From Eledone cirrhosa (taxonomy: Eukaryota), in NCBI GenBank assembly GCA_964016885.1, contig OZ024743.1, positions 133,548,001-133,612,000 on the forward strand: a DNA stretch of 64,000 nt, in the 5' to 3' direction. Made by a program: the position numbers and the translations under genes. Under the pieces are notes generated by a model. It had not been told where the DNA came from. It saw only the letters and a list, made by a program, of their open reading frames with translations, and made no database searches. The stretch's first letter is position 1, and each line of letters starts with the position of its first letter. Shown piece by piece: positions 50,600 through 63,119 of the stretch.

Positions 50600-53500
50600 T
50601 TGGTGTTTGGTGCTTGGTGCTTGGTGTTTGGTGCTTGGTGTTTGGTGTTTGGTGTTTGATGCTTGGTGTTTGCTGCTTGGTGCTTGGTGCTTGGTGTTTT
50701 GTGTTTGGTGCTTGGTGCTTGGTGCCTGGTGCTTGGTGCTTGGTGCTTGATGTTTGGTGCTTGGTGCTTGGTGATTAGTGTTTGGTGCTTGGTGCTTGCG
50801 GTTTGATGTTTGGTGCTTGGAGTTTGGTGTTTGGTGCTTGGTGCTTGGTGTTTGGTGCTTGGTGCTTGGTGCTTGGTGTTTGGTGCTTGGTGCTTGGAGT
50901 TTGGTGCTTGGTGCTTGGTGTTTGGTGTTTGGTGTTTGGTTCTTGGTGCTTGGTGTTTGGTGTTTGGTGTTTGGTGCTTGGTGCTTGGTGCTTGGTGTTT
51001 GGGGCTTGGTGTTCGGTGCTTGGAGCTTGGTGCTTGGGGCTTGGTGTTTGGTGTTTGGTGCTTGGTGCTTGTTGTTTGATGTTGGGTCCTTGGTGCTTGG
51101 TGTTTGGTGTTTGGTGCTTGGTGTTTGGTGTTTGGTGCTTGGTGCTTGGTGTTTGGTGTTTGGTGCTTGGTGCTTGGGGCATGGTGTTTGGTGCTTGGTG
51201 CTTGGTGTTTCGTGCTTGGTGCTTGGGGCTTGGTATTTGGTGCTTGGTGCTTGGTGCCTGGCGTTTGGTGTTTGGTGTTTGGTGCTTGGTCTTTGGTGCT
51301 TGGTGCTTGGTGCTGGGTGGTTGGTGTTTGGTGCTTGGTGGTTGGTGTTTGGTGCTTGGTGCTTGGTGCTTGTTGTTTGGTGCTTGGTGCTTGGTGCTTG
51401 GTCTTTGGTGCATGGTGTTTGGTGTTTGGTGCTTTGTGCTTGGTGCTTGGTGTTTGGTGCTTGGTGCTTGGTGCTTGGTGTTTGGTGCTTGGTGCTTGGT
51501 GATTAGTGTTTGTTGCTTGGTGCTTGGGGTTTGGTGGTTGGTGCTTGGTGCTTGGTGTTTGGTGTTTGGTGTTTGGTGTTTGCTGTTTGCTGTTTGGTGT
51601 CTGCTTTTTGGTGTTTGGTGTTTGCTGTATGGTGTTTGCTGTTTCGTATTTGGTTTTTGCTGTTTGGTGTTTGGTGTTTGCTGTTTGGTGTTTGGTGTTT
51701 GGTGTTTGGTGCTTGGTGCTTGGTGCTTGGTGTTTGGTGCTTGGTGCTTGGTGTTTGGTGTTTGGTGCTTGGTGCCAGGTGCTTGTTGTATGGCGTTTGG
51801 TGCTTGGTGCTTGGTGTTTGCTGTTTGCTGCTTGGTGTCTGGTGTTTGGTGCTTGGTGTTTGGTGTTTGGTGCTTGGTGCTTGGTGCTTGGTGTTTGGTG
51901 TTTGGTGCTTGGTAATTGGTGTTTGGTGTTTGATGCTTGGTGTGTGGTGCTTGGTGCTTGGTGTTTTGTGTTTAGTGCATGGTGGTTGGTGCCTGGTGCT
52001 TGGTGCTTGGTGCTTGTTGTTTGGTGCTTGGTGCTTGGTGATTAGTGTTTGGTGCATGGTGCTTGGGGTTTGCTATTTGGTGCTTGGTGCTTGGTGCTTG
52101 GTGTTTGGTGCTTGGTGCTTGGTGCTTGGTGTTTGGGTTTTGGTGCTTGGTGCTTGGTCTTTGGTGTTTGTTGCTTGGTGTTTGGTGCTTGGTGTTTGGT
52201 GCTGGGTGCTTGGTGTTTGGTGCTCGGTGCTTGGTGCTTGGTGCTTGGTGCTTGGTGTTTGGTGTTTGGTGCTTGGTGTTTGGTGTTTGGTGTTTGATGC
52301 TTGGTGTTTGATGCTTGTTGCTTGGTGCTTGGTGTTTTGTGTTTGGTGTTTGGTGCTTGGTGTATGTACTTGGTGGTTGGGGCTTGGTGCTTGGTGCATG
52401 GTGCTTCGTGTTTGGTGCTTGGTGCCTGGTGCTTGGTGTTTGGTGCTTGGTGCTTGGTGCTTGGTGTTTGGTGCTTGGTGTTTGGTGCTTGGTGCTTGGT
52501 GTTTGGTGCTTGGTGTTTGGTGCTTGGTGTTCGGTGCTTGGTTCTTGGTGCTTGGTGCTTGGTGTTAGGTGATTGGTGCTTGGTGCTTGGTGTTTGGTGC
52601 TTGGTGCTTGGTGCTTGGTGTTTGGTGTACGGTGTTTGGTGCTTGGTGTTTGGTGCTTGGTGCTTGGTGCTGGGTGGTTGGTGTTTGGTGTTTGGTGCTG
52701 GGTGCTTGGTGCTTATTGTTTGGTGCTTGGTGCTTGGTGCTTGGTGCTTGGTCTTTGGTTTTTGGTGCTTGCTGCTTGCTGCTTGGTGTTTGGTGCTTGG
52801 TGATTGGTGCTTGGTGTTTTGTGCTTGGTGCTTGGTGTTTGGTGTTTGGTGCTAGGGGCTTGGTGCTTGGTGCTTGGTGTTTGGTGCTTGGTGTTTGCTG
52901 TTTGGTGTTTGGTGCTTGGTGCGTGGGACTTAGTGTTTGGTGTTTGGTGCTTGGTGTTTGGTGCTTGGTGTTTGGTGCTTGGTGCTTGGTGCTTGGTGTT
53001 TGGTGCTTGGTGCTTGGTGTTTGGTGTTTGGTGCCTGGTGCTTGTTGTATGGTGTTTGGTGCTTGGTGCTTGGTGTTTGCTGTTTGCTGCTTGGTGTCTG
53101 GTGTTTGGTGCTTGGTGTTTGGTGTTTGGTGCTTGGTGATTAGTGTTTGGTGATTGGTGCTTGGGGTTTGGTGTTTGGGGCTTGGTGTTTGGTGCTTGGT
53201 GCTTGCTGTTTGGTGTTTGGTGTTTGGTGCTTGGTGTTTGGTGTTTGGTGTTTGGTGCTTGGTGCTTGGTGCTTGGTGTTTGGTGCTTGGTGCTTGGTGC
53301 TTGGTGTTTGGTGCTGCGTGCTTGGTGTTTCGTGTTTGGTGCTTGGTGCCTGGTGCTTGTTGTTTGGTGTTTGGTGCTTAGTGCTTGGTGTTTCGTGTTT
53401 GGTGCTTGGTGCCTGGTGCTTGGTGCTTGGTGCTTGATGTTTGGTGTTTGGTGCTTGGTGTTTGGTGTTTGGTACTTGGTGCTTGGTGCTTGGTGCTTGG

Positions 53501-54555
53501 TGTTTGGTGCTTGGTGTTTGATGCTGCGTGCTTGGTGTTTGGTGTTTGGTGCTTGGTGCTTGGTGTTTGGTGTTTGGAGCTTGGTGCCTGCTGCTTGTTG
53601 TTTGGTGTTTGGTGCTTGCTGCTTGGTGTTTGGTGTTTGGTGCTTGGTGCTTGGTGTTTGGTGTTTGGTGCTTGGTGCTTGGTGTTTGGTGCTTGGTGTT
53701 TGGTGTTTGGTGTTTGATGCTTGGGGTTTGCTGCTTGGTGCTTGGTGCTTGGTGTTTTGTGTTTGGTGCTTGGTGCTTGGTGCCTGGTGCTTGGTGCTTG
53801 GTGCTTGATGTTTGGTGCTTGGTGCTTGGTGATTAGTGTTTGGTGCTTGGTGCTTGCGGTTTGATGTTTGGTGCTTGGAGTTTGGTGTTTGGTGCTTGGT
53901 GCTTGGTGTTTGGTGCTTGGTGCTTGGTGCTTGGTGTTTGGTGCTTGGTGCTTGGAGTTTGGTGCTTGGTGCTTGTTGTTTGGTGTTTGGTGTTGTGTTC
54001 TTGGTGCTTGGTGTTTGGTGTTTGGTGTTTGGTGCTTGGTGCTTGGTGCTTGGTGTTTGGGGCTTGGTGTTCGGTGCTTGGAGCTTGGTGATTGGGGCTT
54101 GGTGTTTGGTGTTTGGTGCTTGGTGCTTGTTGTTTGGTGTTGGGTCCTTGGTGCTTGGTGTTTGGTGTTTGGTGCTTGGTGTTTGGTGTTTGGTGCTTGG
54201 TTCTTGGTGTTTGGTGTTTGGTGCTTGGTGCTTGGGGCTTGGTGTTTGGTGCTTGGTGCTTGGTGTTTCGTTCTTGGTGCTTGGGGCTTGGTATTTGGTG
54301 CTTGGTGCTTGGTGCCTGGTGTTTGGTGTTTGGTGTTTGGTGCTTGGTCTTTGGTGCTTGGTGCTTGGTGCTGGGTGGTTGGTGTTTGGTGCTTGGTGCT
54401 TGGTGTTTGGTGCTTGGTGCTTGGTGCTTGTTGTTTGCTGCTTGGTGCTTGGTGCTTGGTCTTTGGTGCATGGTGTTTGGTGTTTGGTGCTTTGTGCTTG
54501 GTGCTTGGTGTTTGGTGCTTGGTGCTTGGTGCTTGGTGTTTGGTGCTTGGTGCTT
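50600..54555 (+). repeat. Dispersed duplication ~50600-51500 / ~53660-54555 (offset 3058)
   Basis: ORF pairs 50778/53836, 50782/53840, 50810/53868 and minus-strand 50775/53833. 3058 = 437x7-1, consistent with the intervening 6-bp ATGTAC unit. Confidence 0.8.
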
Positions 54556-54739
54556 GGTTCTTGGTGCTTGGTGTTTGGTGTTTGGTGTTTGGTGTTTGGT
54601 TCTTGGTGCTTGGTGTTTGGTGTTTGGTGTTTGGTGCTTGGTGCTTGGTGCTTGGTGCTTGGGGTTTGCTATTTGGTGCTTGGTGCTTGGTGTTTGGTGC
54701 TTGGTGCTTGGTGCTTGGTGTTTGGGTTTTGGTGCTTGG

Positions 54740-57700
54740 TGCTTGGTCTTTGGTGTTTGTTGCTTGGTGTTTGGTGCTTGGTGTTTGGTGCTGGGTGCTT
54801 GGTGTTTGGTGCTCGGTGCTTGGTGCTTGGTGCTTGGTGCTTGGTGTTTGGTGTTTGGTGCTTGGTGTTTGGTGTTTGGTGTTTGATGCTTGGTGTTTGA
54901 TGCTTGTTGCTTGGTGCTTGGTGTTTTGTGTTTGGTGTTTGGTGCTTGGTGTATGTACTTGGTGTTTGGGGCTTGGTGCTTGGTGCATGGTGCTTGGTGT
55001 TTGGTGCTTGGTGCCTGGTGCTTGGTGTTTGGTGCTTGGTGCTTGGTGCTTGGTGTTTGGTGCTTGGTGTTTGGTGCTTGGTGCTTGGTGTTTGGTGCTT
55101 GGTGTTTGGTGCTTGGTGTTCGGTGCTTGGTTCTTGGTGCTTGGTGCTTGGTGTTAGGTGTTTGGTGCTTGGTGCTTGGTGTTTGGTGCTTGGTGCTTGG
55201 TGCTTGGTGTTTGGTGTACGGTGTTTGGTGCTTGGTGTTTGGTGCTTGGTGCTTGGTGCTGGGTGGTTGGTGTTTGGTGTTTGGTGCTGGGTGCTTGGTG
55301 CTTATTGTTTGGTGCTTGGTGCTTGGTGCTTGGTGCTTGGTCTTTGGTGCTTGGTGTTTGGTGTTTGGTGCTTGGTGCTTGGTGTTTGGTGTTTGGTGCT
55401 TGCTGCTTGCTGCTTGGTGTTTGGTGCTTGGTGATTGGTGCTTGGTGTTTTGTGCTTGGTGCTTGGTGTTTGGTGTTTGGTGCTAGGGGCTTGGTGCTTG
55501 GTGCTTGGTGTTTGGTGCTTGGTGTTTGCTGTTTGGTGTTTGGTGCTTGGTGCGTGGGACTTAGTGTTTGGTGTTTGGTGTTTGATGCTTGGTGTTTGCT
55601 GCTTGGTGCTTGGTGCTTGGTGTTTTGTGTTTGGTGCTTGGTGCTTGGTGCCTGGTGCTTGGTGCTTGGTGCTTGTTGTTTGGTGCTTGGTGCTTGGTGA
55701 TTAGTGTCTGGTGCTTGGTGCTTGCGGTTTGGTGTTCGGTGCTTGGGGTTTGGTGCTTGGTGCTTGGTGTTTGGTGCTTGGTGCTTGGTGTTTGGTGCTT
55801 GGTGCTTGGTGTTTGGTGTTTGGCGTTTGCTGTTTGCTGTTTGGTGTTTGGTGTTTGCTGTTTGGTGTTTGCTGTTTGGTGTTTGGTGTTTGGTGCTTGC
55901 TGTTTGGTGCTTGGTGTTTGGTGTTTGGTGTTTGGTGTTTGGTGCTTGGTGCTTGGTGTTTGGTGCTTGGTGCTTGGTGCTGGGTGTTTGGTGCTTGGTG
56001 CTTGGTGTTTGGTGCTTGGTGCTTGGTGCTTGGTGTTTGGTCCTTGGTGCTTGGTGGTTGGTCTTTGGTGCTTGGGTTTTGGTGTTTGGTGCTTGGTGCT
56101 TGGTGTTTGGTGCTTGGTTCTTGGTGCTTGGTGCTTGGTGTTTGGTGATTCTGCTTGGTGCTTGGTGTTTGGTGCTTGGTGCTTGGTGATTAGTGTTTGG
56201 TGATTGGTGCTTGGGGTTTGCTGTTTGGTGTTTGGTGTTTGGTGCTTGGTGCTTGCTGTTTGGTGTTTGGTGTTTGGTTCTTGGTGCATGGTGTTTGGTG
56301 TTTGGTGTTTGGTGCTTGGTGCTTGGTGCTTGGTGTTTGGTGCTTGGTGCTTGGTGCTTGGTGTTTGGTGCTTGGTGCTTGGTGGCTGGTGCTTGGTGCT
56401 TGGTGTTTGTAGTTTGGTGCTTGGTGCTTGGTGCCTGGTGTTTCGTGCTTGGTGCTTGGTGCTTGGTGCTTGGTGCTTGGTGCTTGGTGTTTGGTGCTTG
56501 GTGTTTGATGCTGCGTGCTTGTTGTTTGGTGCTTGGTGCTTCGTGCTTGGTGTTTGGTGTTTGGTGCTTGGTGCTTGGTGTTTGGTGCTTGGTGTTTGGT
56601 GTTTGGTGTTTGATGCTTGGTGTTTGCTGCTTGGTGCTTGGTGCTTGGTGTTTTGTGTTTGGTGCTTGGTGCTTGGTGCCTGGTGCTTGGTGCTTGGTGC
56701 TTGTTGTTTGGTGCTTGGTGCTTGGTGATTAGTATTTGGTGCTTGGTGCTTGCGGTTTGATGTTTGGTGCTTGGGGTTTGGTGTTTGTTGCTTGGTGCTT
56801 GGTGTTTGGTGCTTGGTGCTTGGTGCTTGGTGTTTGGTGCTTGGTGCTTGGTGTTTGGTGCTTGGTGCTTGGTGTTTGGTGCTTGGTGTTTGGTGCTTGG
56901 TGCTTGGTGCTTGGTGCTTGGTGCTTGGTGTTAGGTGTTTGGTGCTTGGTGCTTGGTGTTTGATGTTTGGTCCTTGGTGCTTGGTGTTTGGTTTTTGGTG
57001 CTTGGTGCTTGGTGTTTGGTGTTTGGTGCTTGCTGCTTGCTGCTTGGTGTTTGGTGCTTGGTGTTTGGGGCTTGGTGTTCGGTGCTTGGCGCTTGGTGCT
57101 TGGGGCTTGGTGTTTGGTGTTTGGTGCTTGGTGCTTGGTATTTGATGTTGGGTCCTTGGTGCTTGGTGTTTGGTGTTTGGTGCTTGGTGTTTGGTGTTTG
57201 GTGCTTGGTGCTTGGTGTTTGGTGTTTGGTGCTTGGTGCTTGGGGCTTGGTGTTTGGTGCTTGGTGCTTGGTGTTTGGTGCTTGGTGCTTGGGGCTTGGT
57301 ATTTGGTGCTTGGTGCTTGGTGACTGGTGTTTGGTGTTTGGTGTTTGGGGCTTGGTGTTTGGTGCTTGGTGCTTGGTGCTGGGTGGTTGGTGTTTGGTTC
57401 TTGGTGCTTGGTCTTTGGTGTTTGTTGCTTGGTGTTTGGTGCTTGGTGTTTGGTGCTGGGTGCTTGGTGTTTGGTGCTCGGTGCTTGGTGCTTGGTGCTT
57501 GGTGCTTGGTGTTTGGTGTTTGGTGCTTGGTGTTTGGTGTTTGGTGTTTGATGCTTGGTGTTTGATGCTTGTTGCTTGGTGCTTGGTGTTTTGTGTTTGG
57601 TGTTTGGTGCTTGGTGTATGTACTTGGTGTTTGGGGCTTGGTGCTTGGTGCATGGTGCTTGGTGTTTGGTGCTTGGTGCCTGGTGCTTGGTGTTTGGTGC

Positions 57701-60077
57701 TTGGTGCTTGGTGCTTGGTGTTTGGTGCTTGGTGTTTGGTGCTTGGTGCTTGGTGTTTGGTGCTTGGTGTTTGGTGTTTGGTGTTCGGTGCTTGGTTCTT
57801 GGTGCTTGGTGCTTGGTGTTAGGTGTTTGGTGCTTGGTGCTTGGTGTTTGGTGCTTGGTGCTTGGTGCTTGGTGTTTGGTGTACGGTGTTTGGTGCTTGG
57901 TGTTTGGTGCTTGGTGCTTGGTGCTGGGTGGTTGGTGTTTGGTGTTTGGTGCTGGGTGCTTGGTGCTTATTGTTTGGTGCTTGGTGCTTGGTGCTTGGTG
58001 CTTGGTCTTTGGTGCTTGGTGTTTGGTGTTTGGTGCTTGGTGCTTGGTGTTTGGTGTTTGGTGCTTGCTGCTTGCTGCTTGGTGTTTGGTGCTTGGTGAT
58101 TGGTGCTTGGTGTTTTGTGCTTGGTGCTTGGTGTTTGGTGTTTGGTGCTAGGGGCTTGGTGCTTGGTGCTTGGTGTTTGGTGCTTGGTGTTTGCTGTTTG
58201 GTGTTTGGTGCTTGGTGCGTGGGACTTAGTGTTTGGTGTTTGGTGTTTGATGCTTGGTGTTTGCTGCTTGGTGCTTGGTGCTTGGTGTTTTGTGTTTGGT
58301 GCTTGGTGCTTGGTGCCTGGTTCTTGGTGCTTGGTGCTTGTTGTTTGGTGCTTGGTGCTTGGTGATTAGTGTCTGGTGCTTGGTGCTTGCGGTTTGGTGT
58401 TCGGTGCTTGGGGTTTGGTGCTTGGTGCTTGGTGTTTGGTGCTTGGTGCTTGGTGTTTGGTGCTTGGTGCTTGGTGTTTGGTGTTTGGCGTTTGCTGTTT
58501 GCTGTTTGGTGTTTGGTGTTTGCTGTTTGGTGTTTGCTGTTTGGTGTTTGGTGTTTGGTGCTTGCTGTTTGGTGCTTGGTGTTTGGTGTTTGGTGTTTGG
58601 TGTTTGGTGCTTGGTGCTTGGTGTTTGGTGCTTGGTGCTTGGTGCTGGGTGTTTGGTGCTTGGTGCTTGGTGTTTGGTGCTTGGTGCTTGGTGCTTGGTG
58701 TTTGGTCCTTGGTGCTTGGTGGTTGGTCTTTGGTGCTTGGGTTTTGGTGTTTGGTGCTTGGTGCTTGGTGTTTGGTGCTTGGTTCTTGGTGCTTGGTGCT
58801 TGGTGTTTGGTGATTCTGCTTGGTGCTTGGTGTTTGGTGCTTGGTGCTTGGTGATTAGTGTTTGGTGATTGGTGCTTGGGGTTTGCTGTTTGGTGTTTGG
58901 TGTTTGGTGCTTGGTGCTTGCTGTTTGGTGTTTGGTGTTTGGTTCTTGGTGCTTGGTGTTTGGTGTTTGGTGTTTGGTGCTTGGTGCTTGGTGCTTGGTG
59001 TTTGGTGCTTGGTGCTTGGTGCTTGGTGTTTGGTGCTTGGTGCTTGGTGGCTGGTGCTTGGTGCTTGGTGTTTGTAGTTTGGTGCTTGGTGCTTGGTGCC
59101 TGGTGTTTCGTGCTTGGTGCTTGGTGCTTGGTGCTTGGTGCTTGGTGCTTGGTGTTTGGTGCTTGGTGTTTGATGCTGCGTGCTTGTTGTTTGGTGCTTG
59201 GTGCTTCGTGCTTGGTGTTTGGTGTTTGGTGCTTGGTGCTTGGTGTTTGGTGCTTGGTGTTTGGTGTTTGGTGTTTGATGCTTGGTGTTTGCTGCTTGGT
59301 GCTTGGTGCTTGGTGTTTTGTGTTTGGTGCTTGGTGCTTGGTGCCTGGTGCTTGGTGCTTGGTGCTTGTTGTTTGGTGCTTGGTGCTTGGTGATTAGTAT
59401 TTGGTGCTTGGTGCTTGCGGTTTGATGTTTGGTGCTTGGGGTTTGGTGTTTGTTGCTTGGTGCTTGGTGTTTGGTGCTTGGTGCTTGGTGCTTGGTGTTT
59501 GGTGCTTGGTGCTTGGTGTTTGGTGCTTGGTGCTTGGTGTTTGGTGCTTGGTGTTTGGTGCTTGGTGCTTGGTGCTTGGTGCTTGGTGCTTGGTGTTAGG
59601 TGTTTGGTGCTTGGTGCTTGGTGTTTGATGTTTGGTCCTTGGTGCTTGGTGTTTGGTTTTTGGTGCTTGGTGCTTGGTGTTTGGTGTTTGGTGCTTGCTG
59701 CTTGCTGCTTGGTGTTTGGTGCTTGGTGTTTGGGGCTTGGTGTTCGGTGCTTGGCGCTTGGTGCTTGGGGCTTGGTGTTTGGTGTTTGGTGCTTGGTGCT
59801 TGGTATTTGATGTTGGGTCCTTGGTGCTTGGTGTTTGGTGTTTGGTGCTTGGTGTTTGGTGTTTGGTGCTTGGTGCTTGGTGTTTGGTGTTTGGTGCTTG
59901 GTGCTTGGGGCTTGGTGTTTGGTGCTTGGTGCTTGGTGTTTGGTGCTTGGTGCTTGGGGCTTGGTATTTGGTGCTTGGTGCTTGGTGACTGGTGTTTGGT
60001 GTTTGGTGTTTGGGGCTTGGTGTTTGGTGCTTGGTGCTTGGTGCTGGGTGGTTGGTGTTTGGTTCTTGGTGCTTGGT
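54740..60077 (+). repeat. 2665-bp tandem duplication (381 units minus 2 bp)
   Basis: ORF pairs 54890/57555, 55704/58369, 56193/58858 and 56750/59415 have offset 2665. Each copy carries two 6-bp units (ATGTAC at ~54953/57618, TTCTGC at ~56149/58814). Confidence 0.93.
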
Positions 60078-62229
60078 GTTTGGTGATTGGTGCTTGGTGC
60101 TTGTTGTTTGGTGCTTGGTGCTTGGTGCTTGGTCTTTGGTGCATGGTGTTTGGTGTTTGGTGCTTGGTGCTTGGTGCTTGGTGCTTGGTGTTTGGTGCTT
60201 GGTGTATGGTGCTTGGTGTTTGGTGCTTGGTGCTTGGTGATTAGTGTTTGGTGCTTGGTGCTTGCGGTTTGGTGTTCGGTGCTTGGGGTTTGGTGCTTGG
60301 TGCTTGGTGTTTGCTGCTTGGTGCTTGGTGTTTGGTGCTTGGTGCTTGGTGTTTGGTGTTTGGTGCTTGGTGTTTGGTGTTTGGTGCTTGGTGCTTGGTG
60401 CTTGGGGTTTGGTGTTTGGTGCTTGGTGCTTGGTGTTTGGTGTTTGGTGCTGGGTGCATGGAGTTTGGTGCTTGGTGCTTGGTGCTTGGTGTTTGGTGTT
60501 TGGTGCTGGGTGCATGGAGTTTGGTGCTTGGTGCTTAGTGCTTGGTGTTTGGTGTTTGGTGCTGGGTATTTGGTGTTTGGTGTTTGATGCTTGGTGTGTG
60601 GTGCTTGGTGCTTGGTGGTTTGTGTTTGGTGCTTGGTGCTTGGTGCCTGGTGCTTGGTGCTTGGTGCTTGTTGTTTGGTGCTTGGTGCTTGGTGATTAGT
60701 GTTTGGTGCTTGGTGCTTGCGGTTTGATGTTTGGTGCTTGGGGTTTGGTGTTTGTTGCTTGGTGCTTGGTGTTTGGTGCTTGGTGCTTGGTGCTTGGTGT
60801 TTGGTGCTTGGTGCTTGGTGTTTGGTGCTTGGTGCTTGGTGTTTGGTGCTTGGTGTTTGGTGCTTGGTGCTTGGTGCTTGGTGCTTGGTGTTAGGTGTTT
60901 GGTGCTTGGTGCTTGGTGTTTGATGTTTGGTCCTTGGTGCTTGGTGTTTGGTTTTTGGTGCTTGGTGCTTGGTGTTTGGTGTTTGCTGCTTGCTGCTTGC
61001 TGCTTGGTGTTTGGTGCTTGGTGCTTGGTGCTTGGTGTTTGGTGCTTGGTTCTTGGTGTTTGGTGTTTGGTGCTTGGTGTTTGGGGCTTGGTGTTCGGTG
61101 CTTGGTGCTTGGTGTTTGGTGTTTGGCGTTTGCTGTTTGCTGTTTGGTGTTTGGTGTTTGCTGTTTGGTGTTTGCTGTTTGGTGTTTGGTGTTTGGTGCT
61201 TGCTGTTTGGTGCTTGGTGCTTGGTGTTTGTTGTTTGGTGTTTGGTGCTTGGTGCTTGGTGTTTGGTGCTTGGTGCTTGGTGCTGGGTGTTTGGTGCTTG
61301 GTGCTTGGTGTTTGGTGCTTGGTGCTTGGTGATTAGTGTTTGGTGATTGGTGCTTGGGGTTTGCTGTTTGGTGCTTGGTGTTTGGTGCTTGGTGCTTGCT
61401 GTTTGGTGTTTGGTGTTTGGTGCTTGGTGCTTGGTGCTTGGTGTTTGGTGCTTGGTGCTTGGTGCTTGGTGTTTGGTGCTTGGTGCTTGGTGGCTGGTGC
61501 TTGGTGCTTGGTGTTTGTAGTTTGGTGCTTGGTGCTTGGTGCCTGGTGTTTCGTGCTTGGTGCTTGGTGCTTGGTGCTTGGTGCTTGGTGCTTGGTGTTT
61601 GGTGCTTGGTGTTTGATGCTGCGTGCTTGTTGTTTGGTGCTTGGTGCTTCGTGCTTGGTGTTTGGTGTTTGGTGCTTGGTGCTTGGTGTTTGGTGCTTGG
61701 TGTTTGGTGTTTGGTGTTTGATGCTTGGTGTTTGCTGCTTGGTGCTTGGTGCTTGGTGTTTTGTGTTTGGTGCTTGGTGCTTGGTGCCTGGTGCTTGGTG
61801 CTTGGTGCTTGTTGTTTGGTGCTTGGTGCTTGGTGATTAGTGTTTGGTGCTTGGTGCTTGCAGTTTGATGTTTGGTGCTTGGGGTTTGGTGTTTGTTGCT
61901 TGGTGCTTGGTGTTTGGTGCTTGGTGCTTCGTGCTTGGTGTTTGGTGCTTGGTGCTTGGTGTTTGGTGCTTGGTGCTTGGTGTTTGGTGCTTGGTGTTTG
62001 GTGCTTGGTGCTTGGTGCTTGGTGCTTGGTGCTTGGTGTTAGGTGTTTGGTGCTTGGTGCTTGGTGTTTGATGTTTGGTCCTTGGTGCTTGGTGTTTGGT
62101 TTTTGGTGCTTGGTGCTTGGTGTTTGGTGTTTGGTGCTTGCTGCTTGGTGTTTGGTGCTTGGTGTTTGGGGCTTGGTGTTCGGTGCTTGGCGCTTGGTGC
62201 TTGGGGCTTGGTGTTTGGTGTTTGGTGCT

Positions 62230-62880
62230 TGGTGCTTGGTGTTTGATGTTGGGTCCTTGGTGCTTGGTGTTTGGTGTTTGGTGCTTGGTGTTTGGTGTTT
62301 GGTGCTTGGTGCTTGGTGTTTGGTGTTTGGTGCTTGGTGCTTGGGGCTTGGTGTTTGGTGCTTGGTGCTTGGTGTTTGGTGCTTGGTGCTTGGGGCTTGG
62401 TATTTGGTGCTTGGTGCTTGGTGCCTGGTGTTTGGTGTTTGGTGCTTGGTGCTTAGTGTTTGGTGCTTGGTGCTTGGTGCTTGTTGTTTGGTGCTTGGTG
62501 CTTGGTGCTTGGTCTTTGGTGCATGGTGTTTGGTGTTTGGTGTTTGGTGCTTGGTGCTTGGTGTTTGATGTTGGGTCCTTGGTGCTTGGTGTTTGGTGTT
62601 TGGTGCTTGGTGTTTGGTGTTTGGTGCTTGGTGCTTGGTGTTTGGTGTTTGGTGCTTGGTGCTTGGGGCTTGGTGTTTGGTGCTTGGTGCTTGGTGTTTG
62701 GTGCTTGGTGTTTGGGGCTTGGTGTTTGGTGCTTGGTGCTTGGTGCTGGGTGGTTGGTGTTTGGTGCTTGGTGCTTAGTGTTTGGTGCTTGGTGCTTGGT
62801 GCTTGTTGTTTGGTGCTTGGTGCTTGGTGCTTGGTCTTTGGTGCATGGTGTTTGGTGTTTGGTGCTTGGTGCTTGGTGCT
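62230..62880 (+). repeat. About 322-bp (46-unit) local duplication
   Basis: gatgttgggtcc at ~62245/62567, gcttagtg at ~62451/62773 and gcatgg at 62521/62843. Confidence 0.75.
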
Positions 62881-63119
62881 TGGTGCTTGGTGTTTGGTGC
62901 TTGGTGTTTGGTGCTTGGTGTTTGGTGCTTGGTGCTTGGTGATTAGTGTTTGGTGCTTGGTGCTTGCGGTTTGGTGTTCGGTGCTTGGGGTTTGGTGCTT
63001 GGTGCTTGGTGTTTGGTGCTTGGTGCTTGGTGTTTGGTGTTTGGTGCTGGGTGCATGGAGTTTGGTGCTTGGTGCTTAGTGCTTGGTGCTTGGTGCTTGG
63101 TGTTTTGTGTTTGGTGCTT

